Source: Octopus vulgaris
Lineage: Eukaryota
Length of the DNA: 64,000 nucleotides
Direction of reading: 5' to 3'
Assembly: GCA_951406725.2 (NCBI GenBank)
Contig: OX597814.1
Location: 61,690,001-61,754,000, forward strand
Position numbers and translations under genes: made by a program. Below are positions 1 to 13,227 of this stretch, piece after piece (the stretch's first letter is position 1; every line of letters begins with the position of its first letter). Below the pieces are notes generated by a model. It saw only the letters and a program-made list of their open reading frames with translations, searched no databases and was not told the DNA's origin.

Positions 1-640
1 GTACGTATGTACGTATTTAGTGCAATTGCGTTCAATCTAAAACTATGTATAATTGAACAAAAATATTCTAGAAAACGATAAAAAATATCAAATAAACAAA
101 CTAGTAAAAAATAGCCCAAACATTTTATAATAATTCTGCTTGTCATTACGTTACTTTGCTTGTCGGCAAAGCTTGATTTATAGGGGCCCAGAGGGGGCAA
201 TTGCCCCAGGCATCTAGAAATTGGGAGCTCCATGCTAAGAAGGGTATGTAACACTCAAAACAGGGAGGCCCCCCACCTCCCAGCAATCAAGCATGAGAAG
301 CTCTCTTTCAATATATAAACATATCTTGACTTTAAAAATGTAATGAGTACCCTTCTTATGATAAATAAAGATAGATTTTGCCACTTTAGAGACACCAAAT
401 AATTCAATTCCCCGTCACCAATTAATTCCCCGTTTGGGACAACAGAGAAAAGGGAAACAACAGAACACTCCTGACTATGTATGTATGTATGTATGTATGT
501 ATGTATGTATGTATGTATGTATGTATGTATGTATGTATGTATGTATGTATGTATGTATCTGCTTGACGCTATGTCCCGCATTATAACGACGTACTTCGCT
601 GTCTGCGTGACTGGACCGAACGGCGTACCTCGCCGACTGT

Positions 641-830
641 ATTTCTTTATTGGCCACCAGGGCCCTACCTACACAGAAGGGACAGCACAAGGACAGACAA
701 TACAAAATACAAAGTGGGGACATAAAACATAAACGGATGAATGGAAATGGAAATAATATATATTGAGGATGCAATGGCTACTCGAGCCCCACTCTCGAGT
801 GGTTACATTTAACTGTTTTTGATGTTATAA
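641..830 (-). mobile_element. 3' end of an L1/Tx1-related element (3' UTR tail)
   Basis: Reverse complement reads ...ACTTTGTATTTTGTATTGTCTGTCCTTGTGCTGTCCCTTCTGTGTAGGTAGGGCCCTGGTGGCCAATAAAGAAAT, matching the tail of the Tx1-like LINE at 4461-4514. Confidence 0.55.
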
Positions 831-1840
831 CATTTTTATCTGTTTTTTTTTTAATATAATATTAAAATTTACTTATATTTTTTTACTAGTTTTTATATGG
901 TATTAATTCTTCATAGTCTACAACTGGAGGTAGGGTGTCATACTCCAATCCTAATGGGTCAATGTTCGAACCGAACAATTCCCTCAATTTAGCGCATCTT
1001 TTCCTGTCTATCAGTATGCATTTTGTGTTTTCTGTGTATTCTTCTGCCGGCAAATTAACTCTAATCACCGATTTGAACTTGGTGATTTTTCATTCAGTTG
1101 CCGTGCTTTTACTATATGTCATTATATATGCTTTGTTCTTAGTGGAGCTTTTGCGGGACTGTGTGTTATGCCTGTCTGTGCTTGTGTCTGCTTGTCTAAG
1201 AGGTGAACTCGGACTATCTGGGGCATGTATTAATATTTTCCTCCCCATAAACACATTTAGTGGAATAATGATGCACCCAAGGGTGGGATTTGAGCCTTAA
1301 ATTCGGACTATCCATATTATAAATTCCGATTTAAAAAGTAGGCAACAAGGAGTAGAAATGAAGGTAGCAGGTGGTCATGGCTTTTAGTTCTTGAAATTTT
1401 CGAAGGTTTTGTGAATTTGTGTTGTATGCATTAGAATTCACACGCTTATTGCAAAAATAAGGAAAACATTTTTTAACCCCATTCTAAAATTTCCTTCTTT
1501 TCCATTTAAAAAGAAATCAGATTTTAAAATATAGACACTCAAAACTTTTCTGAAATTCCAGCAATGGACCACGGATCTATTTCATTTTAATCACAGTAGA
1601 ATAGATCCATGGACCACTCTTGAACAATATCATATCATAGTGACAAAGAAACGACGAAGGTATCAGGTGGTTGTGCGACATGCGAAAAACAACGGTTAAG
1701 TTGCCTAAATCACACACAAAAATCTTATTTGCATAATCTTTTGAATTCCCATGTGTAGAAGACAAATTCGCAAAAATTTTCTGACAATTCCAAAAATAGA
1801 AAAGTTATAGGGATGCTTAAATCAAAATTCTGCCCCTCCG

Positions 1841-2050
1841 ACTAAGAAGAGATGTTGACAATATTCCATTGAATATCAATTATATGACTATTCTATCGCC
1901 ACAGAATGAAGCGAAACCAATGTATCTCATATGTATGGATGTACTGTCAAATGATAACATGAAGCCAGCTCAGCTTAAAATCCAGTCAGAGACCAAATTC
2001 AAAGACAAGTAAAACAATTCAGTAGAATATTTTTGAAAACTGCGCAATGA
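1841..2050 (+). pseudogene. hAT (Buster/Charlie) transposase N-terminal BED-finger relic
   Basis: Manual translation with frameshifts gives KKRC*QYSIEY..SPQNEAKPMYLICMDVLSNDNMKPAQLK..ETKFKDK..SVEYF, like the N-terminus of the element at 47955 (KKICRQYSSDY..SPQN..AMKPSRMK). Confidence 0.7.
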
Positions 2051-2184
2051 ATTTTTTTTAAAAAAAAAAAAGAAAAGAAGGAAATGGTGAATCAGTTATT
2101 TAAACACACCGCGTTGGGTGACATTTCCTTTTGACTCTTTTTATAAATTTAATTCTGGAAATTAAACCACTAATATATTTTTCA

Positions 2185-2825
2185 GAAGCACTATGGAAGG
2201 TCCGTTGACGCATCGATTTGACTTGCAATAGCTCGGAAAATCTTGTAGCCAGGAATGAAAACACCGAATTGGCTGAAAAGTACAGGTCTATTGTTTGCCT
2301 AAACATTGTGTACAAACTTTATACAAGCGGCCTCAACCAATTCCTTTTGGACCATTGTGAGTTCAACAATATAGTGACTGGTGGAAAGAAAGGAGTATGA
2401 GGATGTGCCGAACAAATTTTGATAAACAAAGCTGTGATGTCTGAGGTAAAAAAAAAAAAAAAAGGACCGCTTAAGAGCCTTGCAACAGTATGGCTTGATT
2501 ATAGGAAAGCATTTAACTCTATTCCCCACTCATGGCTGCTGATATGGAATACTTGATATGGTCTGTAGAAGAAATCCACTCCACAGACGTTAAAGCCCGC
2601 AAGGTACTAACAATCAACTGGAAATTTCAACAGGAATAGTGATATTGACAAGCTCTACCTAAGAAGAGATGTAAGAGGTAGAGGCTTGAGATCAGTGCAG
2701 ACAGCTTTATAATTTTTTATAGTCTCTCTCAGACAATACTTGCTAAACAACAGGAGCAATAAGTAAATACATTATCTTAGTGCTGAAAAGTAAAGAGAAC
2801 AATATCCTATGTGTGAGCTCCTAAG
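2185..2825 (+). pseudogene. R4/Dong-like (R2-group) non-LTR RT fragment, internally deleted
   Basis: KYRSIVCLNIVYKLYT..GGKKGV*GCAEQILINKAV..VWLDYRKAFNSIPHSWL, then a jump to the post-RT motif SDIDKLYLRRDVRGRGL. Confidence 0.75.
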
Positions 2826-2967
2826 GAAGGACATATATACATATAGATATAAGCAAACACACATCATACATACATACATACATACATACATACATACATA
2901 CATACATACATACATACGTACGTACGTACGTACATACATACATACATACATACATACGTACTTACCT

Positions 2968-3131
2968 TTATCGTTTACTTGTTCCAGTCTCTAGACTGCG
3001 GTCATGCTGGGGCAGAGCATTGAAGAATTTCTAACTGAATGAGTCGACCCCAGTACTTGTCTTTTTTTTAAAGTCTGGTTTTTATTCAACTGTTCTCTTC
3101 TGCCGAACCGCTAGGTTACGGGGACGTAAAC
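2968..3131 (-). mobile_element. SINE family A, 3' fragment
   Basis: GACTGCGGTCATGCTGGGGC..GTCGACCCCAGTACT..GCCGAACCGCTAGGTTACGGGGACGTAAAC is the reverse complement of the 3' half of 5728-6137. Confidence 0.8.
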
Positions 3132-3318
3132 ACACACACACACACATGTTTAAAACACTCACAAACAAGCTAACATATTCACCGCTAGACATGATAAACA
3201 TCTGCACTTATGCACGACACATACACTGACGCATACATTAATGCTTAAAAACACTTCTCTGAACACCAATTCTTACTCTCTGCCATACATAAACTCACAC
3301 TTCTCTGTCTATATGTCA

Positions 3319-3362
<44 letters not shown>

Positions 3363-3367
3363 CACCC

Positions 3368-3444
<77 letters not shown>

Positions 3445-3445
3445 A

Positions 3446-4514
3446 CGACGGTGAACAGGTGTGGTCGCCGTTTGTGAGGCGCACTTTCCCACAGCTCGTC
3501 TCCATGACCGAACTGCAGTGGTGGATCAAAAAAGAGGCCGAAGAAGGGCGAATGCCACCGCGAGTGTCGCGTTGCTCTCGAGCAACTATGCCGTCCTGGT
3601 CGACCTTGAGCGACTGCAACAAAACCAAAGCATTCTATAGGGGATTAGTGGAGAGGAGGTACAACGACGATCTCGGGGCGAACCTGGGCGTCGACGAGGA
3701 ATACCTGACTCGCCTGTTCAAGACGACTTTCTGGCCTGGCAGTTCTATCGAGAAGCGCTACCCGTTCGGGATAAGCTATACAAGCATGGCTCGAGAAACA
3801 TGGGGCCGATCTGCCCGAGATGCGGTTAGAGCGACGAAACCGTTCTGCACGTACTCGTACAGTGTCCAACCATTTCCGACCTGTGGGCCTATGTCGAACG
3901 ACTACTATCGCGTGTGGGACGAGTCATTTTATCGTGAATGTTGTTGCGTCTCTTTCCTTGAAACGGGAAGGAAGAGCAATTTTCATCGTACTTGTGGCTA
4001 TGGCGAAAGAATATGTATGGTGGACGCGTCTGAAAGGTCCAGAGACAAACATTTTCCTCTCATCAACTTCTTCAAGTATCACTTGAAGAGGAAGGTGAGA
4101 GCAGAGAGGGAAGTTTTGTCTAGTGAATGTTTCAAAATAAGATGGGTGAACGTAGCAAGGATGGCACGTGTGAATGACGGAGCCACCTTGAGCATAATCC
4201 TATGAACCAAAAAAAAAGAAAGGAAAAAAAGAGAGTCACTTACGGTAATGTTTTTTTTTTGCATGACTTTATTGCCCGAGGTTATCGTGGTCTTTTCCGT
4301 AGGCTTTTCTTTCCACGGATAAACCATTTTACACAATGACATTTCTGTGATACACGATCCCTATTGATCGACTCCTCCATTTTTTTTTCATAATCCCTTT
4401 TAATCGAAATTCTACACCCTCCTTTTGTTTTTTTTTTCTTTCCTTCACAAAAAGAAAAGCCCTACTTTGTATTTTGTCTCCTCTGTGTTGAGCCCTGTGT
4501 GGCCAATAAAGAAA
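3446..4514 (+). mobile_element. 5'-truncated L1/Tx1-clade LINE: ORF2 C-terminus with CCHC zinc knuckle and 3' UTR
   Basis: A frame-shifted reading gives YREALPVRDKLYKHG..ICPRCG*SDETVLHVLVQC..LWAYVERL (zf-RVT-like), then AKEYVWWTRLKG and LINFFKYHLKRKVR; ends GCCAATAAAGAAA; (CTAT)n on both sides. Confidence 0.85.
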
Positions 4515-4516
4515 CA

Positions 4517-4637
<121 letters not shown>

Positions 4638-5337
4638 CAATCTCTTTCCTTATCTGCTCCGCAACCAGTTTACGACGGGCAGAGTATAAAAGCATTACCT
4701 TGTCTCGCAGGCACAGCATTGCGTGAGGAATGGAATAAAACAGGACATAGGAAGAGACCTCGTTCAGGAGGTTGACTACACTCTACAAAGAAAAAGAAAA
4801 GAAATCGAAAAGAGAGAAAAAGAAATCTGCAGGAAAAGGACTGTAATGGATACTTCTTTACACACAAAAAAAAAATGTAGGAAAAAAACAAACTAAGCTT
4901 GGTTGGATGGTTTGTAGATTGGTGTCTGCTCTATCACTTCATAGAAAATAAAAAAATAAAATAAAAGGAAAGTAAGAACATTCACTGGATGGACCTGAAA
5001 GATTTTTCTAACATAGCTTTATAACTTGTTTATTTTAACATCGTATTTTCTCCCTCGTGTTTTTTTTTAAAATTTAGTTGATGTTGCGTTGTTGACACTT
5101 ATTTACCGTTATCTGAACCAAATTTTCCTATCGGAAGGAAGAAGAAAGAAGAGTTTTATTTAAAACAAGAATAAATAAATAAATTTTTAAAAAAATTAAA
5201 AAACAGAAAGTGGACGGAATAAAATGAGTGAAAATAAAATGAAATGAAAAATAAAACTGATAAAGGATCAAACAAAATGTTTACATATGAAAGAGCCGGG
5301 AAATATATGTGTGTGTGTACTTATATGGATATATACA

Positions 5338-5432
<95 letters not shown>

Positions 5433-5443
5433 GTATATATGTA

Positions 5444-5540
<97 letters not shown>

Positions 5541-5727
5541 TAGGTTTGGTGCATCGTGCATGCATATATGTTTGTATGCATATATACATACACGTACATA
5601 CAGATATGTGTGTGAGTGTGTGTGAGTGTGTCTAAGTTTGGTGGAACATACGTGCGCATACGTTTGTAAAAATGCGTGTGATGTATGTATGCATATATGT
5701 ATAAATAAATATACACACAACATACAT

Positions 5728-6137
5728 AGGCGCAGGAGTGGCTGTGTGGTAAGTAGCTTGCTTACCAACCACATGGTTCGGGGTTCAGTCCCACTGCGTG
5801 GCACCTTGGGAAAAATGTCTTCTGCTATAGCCTCGGGCCGACCAAAGCCTTGTGAGTGGATTTGGTAGACGGAAACTGAAAGAAGCCCGTCGTATATATG
5901 TATATATATGTATGTGCATGTATGTTTGTGTGTCTGTGTTTGTCCCCCTAGCATTGCTTGACAACCGATGCTGGTGTGTTTATGTCCCCGTCACTTAGCG
6001 GTTCGGCAAAAGAGACCGATAGAATAAGTACTGGGCTTACAAAGAATAAGTCCTGGGGTCGAGTTGCTCGACTAAAGGCGGTGCTCCAGCATGGCCGCAG
6101 TCAAATGACTGAAACAAGTAAAAGAGTAAAAAGAGAG
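5728..6137 (+). mobile_element. Full-length tRNA-derived SINE, family A (octopus type)
   Basis: A-box-like GTGGCTGTGTGGTAAG and B-box-like GGTTCAGTCCC head, internal microsatellite, tail GACTGAAACAAGTAAAAGAG; many copies in the window. Confidence 0.9.
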
Positions 6138-6166
6138 TATACATATATTTACACACATACATATGC

Positions 6167-6206
<40 letters not shown>

Positions 6207-6249
6207 GCATATATATACATATGCGTGTATATATATATATACACACACG

Positions 6250-6306
<57 letters not shown>

Positions 6307-6570
6307 TGCATTTACTTATACACCCATGTGTATATTTATACATACATAAACAAACAAACGTTACTTTTGTTGGTAGGGAAGGAAGTACTGTTGAACAGCA
6401 GTTCTTTCAATCTTCACCTGGCCAACTGTTATTTACAGAACATAGAATCTTTAACAATAATTTCTATGTTGTTTTATCTTTCTTTTCTTTTTTCCACTTA
6501 ATTATTTTTACAATTAATTACTGGTGTCTAGCTAGCAATTAATAAACAGATAAGCCAGTAATGGAGGCTG

Positions 6571-6639
<69 letters not shown>

Positions 6640-6866
6640 GAGGGGGAGAGAGGACATACCTGAATTGTCACATTATCCCATGCGAGAAATCTCTGCATCT
6701 AACGGTAGGAAGCAGTATGATATATCTGGAGTAATAAGATCTGTGTGTGAGATCTTATCGTTTGGTTTTTGTGACGACTTTGTATTACTGTTATAAGATT
6801 AGTTGGTCTATTTGCCTGACCGAAGCTGACCTGGGGCTATACTGCCGCAGTAGTAGCAACAAAAAA

Positions 6867-6897
<31 letters not shown>

Positions 6898-7003
6898 CAT
6901 ACATACATACATACATACATACATGCATGCATGCATGCATGCATACATACATACATACATACATACATACATACGAGCATACATACATACATACATACAT
7001 ACA

Positions 7004-7032
<29 letters not shown>

Positions 7033-7034
<2 letters not shown>

Positions 7035-7576
7035 GGTGGCTGCCCCCTCGTTATCGAGTATGGCCATTCCACGATACTTAATCAATGTTGTTATCGTACA
7101 ATGCCTGTGCAAGAAGGTTTTTTTTAAAGTGAGGAAAGGCTGTGCACTGAGTCAATCCCACTCACTAAGCAACAGCAGCCATAATCTGAAATGAAGAACA
7201 AGTCAACATCATCGGTAACCACTGAGCCGCAGGTTTTATGTCGGAGTTATCCCAGTTACCTGAGTTACCTTCTCCTAACAAAGGCTAGGAGTCTTTCACT
7301 CCCAATGGTTTAACCGCGCGATCGGGTATTCAGTCTGATTATTTCTATGTCCCCGCGCATGATACAGCCTTAAGACATTTATTGGATGGCCGTTGAATCT
7401 CAAGAGTTCCTCTGCCCTTTGACGGGTTTTGTTTTTCATCCCGCAGAGTGTCTAATAAACACGCTCCTCACCAAACAAGCTTGGTGGGGTTGCCGGTTTA
7501 GTCGCCGACGATCCGACCATGCAACAGGTTGTACTGGGTTACATGTTACCAGTAGCACTTGAAAGTGACCAGACTA
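7033..7576 (-). mobile_element. Interspersed repeat resembling an RTE-type 5' region
   Basis: 7400-7576 is the inverted homolog of 12219-12400 (GCTACTGGTAACATG..CAGTACAACCTG..GCATGGTCGG..CGGCGACTAAAC); embedded in (TACA)n. Confidence 0.55.
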
Positions 7577-7604
7577 AACATACATACATACATACATACA
7601 TACA

Positions 7605-7636
<32 letters not shown>

Positions 7637-7816
7637 CACACGCATACATACATACATACATACATACAAACAAACAAAAATACTCTGTTGATGTTGTTGA
7701 AATTCCAAGGTGTCTTGGATCTAGGTTAGAAACAAACTCTTTCTCTATTGGCAAGAAATTTTGAATAAAACTGAATAATGACATACATACATACATACGT
7801 ACGTACACACATACAT

Positions 7817-8234
7817 ATTCTTTTATTCTTTCATTCTTTTACTTGTTTCAGTCTTTTGGACTACGGCCATGCTGGGGCACCACCTTGAAGGGTTTCAGTC
7901 GAATGAACTAACCCAGTACTTATCTTTTGAAAGCCTGGTACTTATTCTATTGGTCCCTTTTTGCCGAATCTCTAGATTACAGAGACGTAAACAAACCAAT
8001 TCCAGTTGTCAAGCGGTAGTGGGTGACAAGCACACTCTTCCCCTTCTCTCTCCCCCTACACACATACATATATACGACAGGGTTTCAGTTCCCGTTTACC
8101 TAATTCACTCACAAGGCTTTAGTCGGCCCGAGGCTGTAACAAAAGACACCTGCCCAAGGTGTCTTTTGTTGGTGGTGCTAAGGTGACAGAACCCGGATTC
8201 GTGTGGTAGAGAAGCAAACTTTTAACCGTACATC

Positions 8235-8235
<1 letters not shown>
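7817..8235 (-). mobile_element. SINE family A, diverged full-length copy
   Basis: Reverse-complement similarity to 5728-6137 along its length. Confidence 0.8.
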
Positions 8236-8308
<73 letters not shown>

Positions 8309-8379
8309 CACACAAACAATAAATTTAGAACAGCTAGTATTTTCACTTGCTCCATCAACATCAAAGCACCTGCATCATC

Positions 8380-10340
8380 TCCACCACCACCACCACCACC
8401 ACCACCACCACCACTACCACCACCACCACCACCTCCACGACCACCGCTACCATGCCTACCCCCGCCGCCGTCGTCACCACTACCACCACCACCACTACTT
8501 CTCTCAATACCACTACCATTCACTCAACCACCAATACATGCATCACCAACATGAATTCCGACCCCACAATCTTCCTTATCGATCACGTGTTCCCAGTACC
8601 ATTCACCCTACTATTAATAATACAACCACCACCACCACAACCACCACCACCACCACGCCTGAAGGAAAAAGCATAAGGTAACATGTCCACAAGTTGTTTA
8701 TTGATCTTATTTATTATCTGCTGGAACAAGGATGACCTAGGGCTAAAAAACAATAATTGTAACAACAACACTTATCGCAATCATTACTGTCACCACCACC
8801 ACCATCACTACCACCGCCGTCACTATCATCATTACCATCGTCACCATCACCATCGCCATCAACACCATCACCACCACCACCACCACCACCGCCACCGCCG
8901 CCGCCGCCACTATAATCATTACCATCACCACCATCACCATCAACACCATCACCACCACCACCACCACCAGCAGCAGTGATGATAATGAGATAACTTATAA
9001 CATGGACATATGGCGTGCAGGAAATAGAAGTCAAACCTCCCTCAAAACACATCTCCCTCTCAGTCCTGAATAGGAATGGAAAATTTCACATTATGTAAAT
9101 CATGCAGGCCTAGATACGCCTTTAGAGGCAGGGTTGTCACATCTGGAACGTCTTTGATAATAGGTTCGCTCAATCAGGACTGTGATACAGTGTTAAACAA
9201 CAACAACAACAATCAATCAATCAATCAATTTATCAATGAATCGGTCGATCAGTTTATCAATATGATCGGCTTTATTATCATCCAATATTTATAAGTTTAA
9301 TAAATATTCACATCACCTCTCCTATCACTGATCCCAATATCATTAATACTACCGCCGCATCCTACCTAGCATCCTACCCCCCACAACAACAACAAGTATA
9401 ACCAGTCCCAACCACTGTATCACCAATACCATACCCAAATATAACTAAAACTACGGCCATTACCGCCGTTGCCGCCCCCAACATCAACATCACCACCATC
9501 ACCACCACCATCATCACAACCATTATTACTACCGCCACCACCACCACCACCACCATGCACATTAATCTAACATTACTACGTCGGTCTCATTACTGACACT
9601 GTCACGAACATCACCACTGCCACTGTTACCATCATGATCTCCCATCATTCTTTAAAGAAACTCTCATCACCACCACCACCACCACCACCACCACCATCAC
9701 CAGCAACAAGCTATGCCATTTCCATTTAACTTGGCTCCCACCACAAAGATTTCTCACACACCACTTCTCACTCTCAGGTGGTGATTTTTAAAACAAAATC
9801 ACCACCAGCTGGTACTTTACTTTATCGGACCCCGCCCCCGAAAAAAAAATGGAAGATAAAGCCGACCTCGGTGGAATTTGAACCCAGAACATAATGATCC
9901 GGAAGACCATGCTGCTTAGCAATTCAAGTCCGGCGTGCTAACGATCACGCTAGTTCGCCGCCGCCTTCCTCATCACTACTGATACATACATCATCACCAC
10001 CGCCGCCGCTGCCGCCACCACCGCCACCGCCGCCGCCACCACCGTCGCCGCAACCGCAGCCGCCACACCACCACTACCACCATCACAATTACTATATTCA
10101 TTCTTACTGTCACATTCTCCGCCGCCATTACCATCACTACTACTATAACCATCACTCCCGTCATAGTCATTATCACCACCACCACCACCATAACAACTGC
10201 ATCCATCACCACCAACACTTTACTCCCAAATTCCCCGCCGCCGCCACCATCAGAACCGTCACTACAGCCTTATCCACCACTACCTCCACCACCACCACAT
10301 CCATCAGTATCACCATATTCACCACTACCACCATCACTGC
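8380..10340. repeat. Degenerate (CAC/CAT/CAA/CGC)n trinucleotide low-complexity block
   Basis: Visible CACCACCAC runs; source of spurious poly-His/Thr/Gly/Val ORFs. Confidence 0.9.
9808..9965 (-). mobile_element. SINE family B (Meta-domain-like), degenerate
   Basis: AAAGCCGACCTCGGTGGAATTTGAACCCAGAAC..CGGCGTGCTAACGAT..GTTCGCCGCC is the reverse complement of the head of 46817-47048. Confidence 0.7.
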
Positions 10341-10830
10341 CATTGGGAAACGTTATTTACTGCTAGTAGAAGCCATCCATATACCAAGATGTTTCTATTC
10401 GATATTAACATCACTAATGACCACCAAATGAGAATTAATTCATCTAACATGAACGCTACCCCTGAAGAACTCTGCCTTGACGTTCAATCGAGTACAGACT
10501 ACCATCTATACAGTAAGTTATAACTGTTTTCTATACTTATCACTAAACTAAACACATAGACACACACGCAGACACATACACGCACAGGTACAGACAAAGA
10601 TATAAATATACACACAAGCTCAAATACACAAACATGAACACACATATACACGAACATATACACATATACACATCACATTTCGTTACGCTAAGCTTCATTT
10701 TCCACGCAGGTAAAGCATGCTATACACAGGTACAACACGCTACAGTGACAAATACGCACTGCATTAAGCACATTCTGCTACATGCGTTCTGTATTACTCA
10801 ATCACACACATACACACTGCGCTATAGTCA

Positions 10831-10970
<140 letters not shown>

Positions 10971-11208
10971 ATCATACGCAAACATTCTGATTTCAAATCT
11001 TACCTTTCAGCCTTTGTGATCGATGAAATAAGCAGTGTATATATATATATATAGGGAGAATTCACAAAAACAAAAAAAAAAACAAAAAAAAAAGCAAAGC
11101 AAAAGACGAAGACAGGTGGTGTAGACAACAAACAGTGAAAAAGTCTTTAACGTTTCGAGCCTACACTGGACTCCTCTGTATATACATACATACATACATA
11201 CATACATG

Positions 11209-11242
<34 letters not shown>

Positions 11243-11261
11243 TTATATATATATAATCGGC

Positions 11262-11332
<71 letters not shown>

Positions 11333-11338
11333 ATATAT

Positions 11339-11733
11339 AGGTGTAGGCGTAGCTGTGTAGTAAGAAGCTTGCTTCCCAACCTCAAGGTTCCGGGTCAGCC
11401 CCGCTGCGTGGTACCTTGGGTAAGTGCCTTCTACTATAGTCCCGGGCCGACCAAAGCCTTGTGAGTGGATTTAGTAGACAGAAAATGAAAGAAGCCCGTT
11501 ATATATATGCATATATTTACGTGTGTGTTTATGTCTGTTTGTCTCACCCTTCCGCCATCGCTTAACCGATGTTGGCGTGTTTACGTCACCGAACTTAGCG
11601 GCTTGGCAGAAGAAACCGATAGAATAAGCAACAGGCTTACAAAGAATAAGTCCAGGAGTTGATTTCTTCGGCTAAAAGGCAGTGCTCCATTATGGCCACA
11701 GTCAATTCACTGAAACAAGCAAAAGAATAAAAG
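11339..11733 (+). mobile_element. SINE family A, full-length
   Basis: Colinear with 5728-6137. Confidence 0.85.
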
Positions 11734-11756
11734 AATATATACAGAATATATATGTA

Positions 11757-11980
11757 GAGGCGCAATGGCCTATTGGTTAGGGCAGCGGACTCGCGGTCGC
11801 AGGATCGCGGTTTCGATTCTCAGACCGGGCGTTGTGTGTGTTTATTGAGCGAAAACACCTAAAAGCTCTACGAGGCTCCGGCAGGGCGTGGTGATCCCTG
11901 CTGTACTCTTTCACCACAATGGCGGTGCCCCAGCATGGCCACAGCTCAAGAGCTGAAACTGGAAATACAAAAACAAATAC
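11757..11980 (+). mobile_element. tRNA-derived SINE, family C
   Basis: GAGGCGCAATGGCCTATTGGTTAGGGCAGCGGACTCGCGGTCGCAGGATCGCGGTTTCGATTCTC tRNA-like head; tail GGCGGTGCCCCAGCATGGCCACAG shared with family A. Confidence 0.75.
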
Positions 11981-11989
11981 AAACAAAAC

Positions 11990-12020
<31 letters not shown>

Positions 12021-12218
12021 TGTATGTATGTATGTATGTATGTATGTATGTATGTATGTATGTATGTATGTATGTATGTATGTATGTATGTATGTATGTA
12101 TGTATGTATGTATGTATGTATGTATGTATGTATGTATGTATGTATGTATGTATGTATGTATGTATGTATGTATGTATGTATGTATGTATGTATGTATGTA
12201 TGTATGTATGTATGTATA

Positions 12219-12400
12219 TTGTCAGGTCGCTCTTGAGTGCTACTGGTAACATGGAATCCAGTACAACCTGTCGCATGGTCGGGTCGTCGGCGACTAAACT
12301 GCCAACCCCACCAGGCTTGCTTGGTGAGGAGGATGTTGTTGGACACCCTGCAGGATGAAAAATAAGACCTGTCAAAGGCGGAGGAACTCCTGAATAGTCA
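12219..12400 (+). mobile_element. Second copy of the 7033-7576 repeat (RTE-like 5' region)
   Basis: Inverted homolog of 7400-7576; begins directly after (TATG)n. Confidence 0.55.
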
Positions 12401-12905
12401 ATTTTTTTTAATAACCATGAGGTTGAGAAAAAGAGCGGACGATACAAGGACAGACAAAACAAATATTGGGGTCAGGGGATCGAATGAGACGAAACGTATG
12501 AATAAACAATTAAAATATATATACAATTAAATGAGAATGAGTGATTTACAAAAAATGAAGCAGAGGACACGGTCGACTCTACAAACCACATACTCACACT
12601 GAAGACTTTGCTTTGCCCTTTTTTTGCTCTCGTTTAGACAGGTTCTTTCACTAGCAACATACTTGCTACAGACTTCCATTTTTTACGAAACACTTTGCGA
12701 CAGGCATTTCTTCTCCAGCCTTATTTTCCGTTCCATGTGGAAAACGAAAAAGTTGATTAACTCGAGACTGGAGATGAACATGCCTGTTGCAATTCCTTTC
12801 ACTCTCGTCTTCCATACTACCTCTTTCGCAACAGCAACTACCGAGAGAAAACAGGCTCGCTCCTCCCTATTCAGGGAGGTAGTCAACGGCCATCCAACAA
12901 AATGT
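12401..12905 (-). mobile_element. L1/Tx1-like LINE 3' fragment (second family)
   Basis: ORF 12683-12886 SLNREERACFLSVVAVAKEVVWKTRVKG..LINFFVFHMERKIR aligns by eye with SLKREGRAIFIVLVAMAKEYVWWTRLKG..LINFFKYHLKRKVR at 3950-4100; tail contains TTGTCTGTCCTTGT. Confidence 0.8.
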
Positions 12906-12951
12906 CTGTAAATATGTATATACCTTTTTTATATGTGTATATGTATATTTT

Positions 12952-13055
<104 letters not shown>

Positions 13056-13156
13056 ATGTCTTTTAATTGCATATATTTTACTTTTCTTTATGCAATATTA
13101 TTGATATGTAATTCTTATTCACACATCGCACCTTTAATTTTTTTATTTGTATTTTT

Positions 13157-13206
<50 letters not shown>

Positions 13207-13227
13207 TATATTTTAAATATATATGCT

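Noticed and set aside
8119-10218. Poly-His, Gly, Thr and Val ORFs suggesting a His-rich or mucin-like protein
   Set aside because: Open in several frames on both strands because of (CAC)n degeneracy; no domain or splice support. The same applies to 55195-55888.
11757-11830. Possible tRNA genes here and at 5728, 22103, 32542 and 46817
   Set aside because: tRNA-like heads run into SINE bodies and lack a proper cloverleaf.
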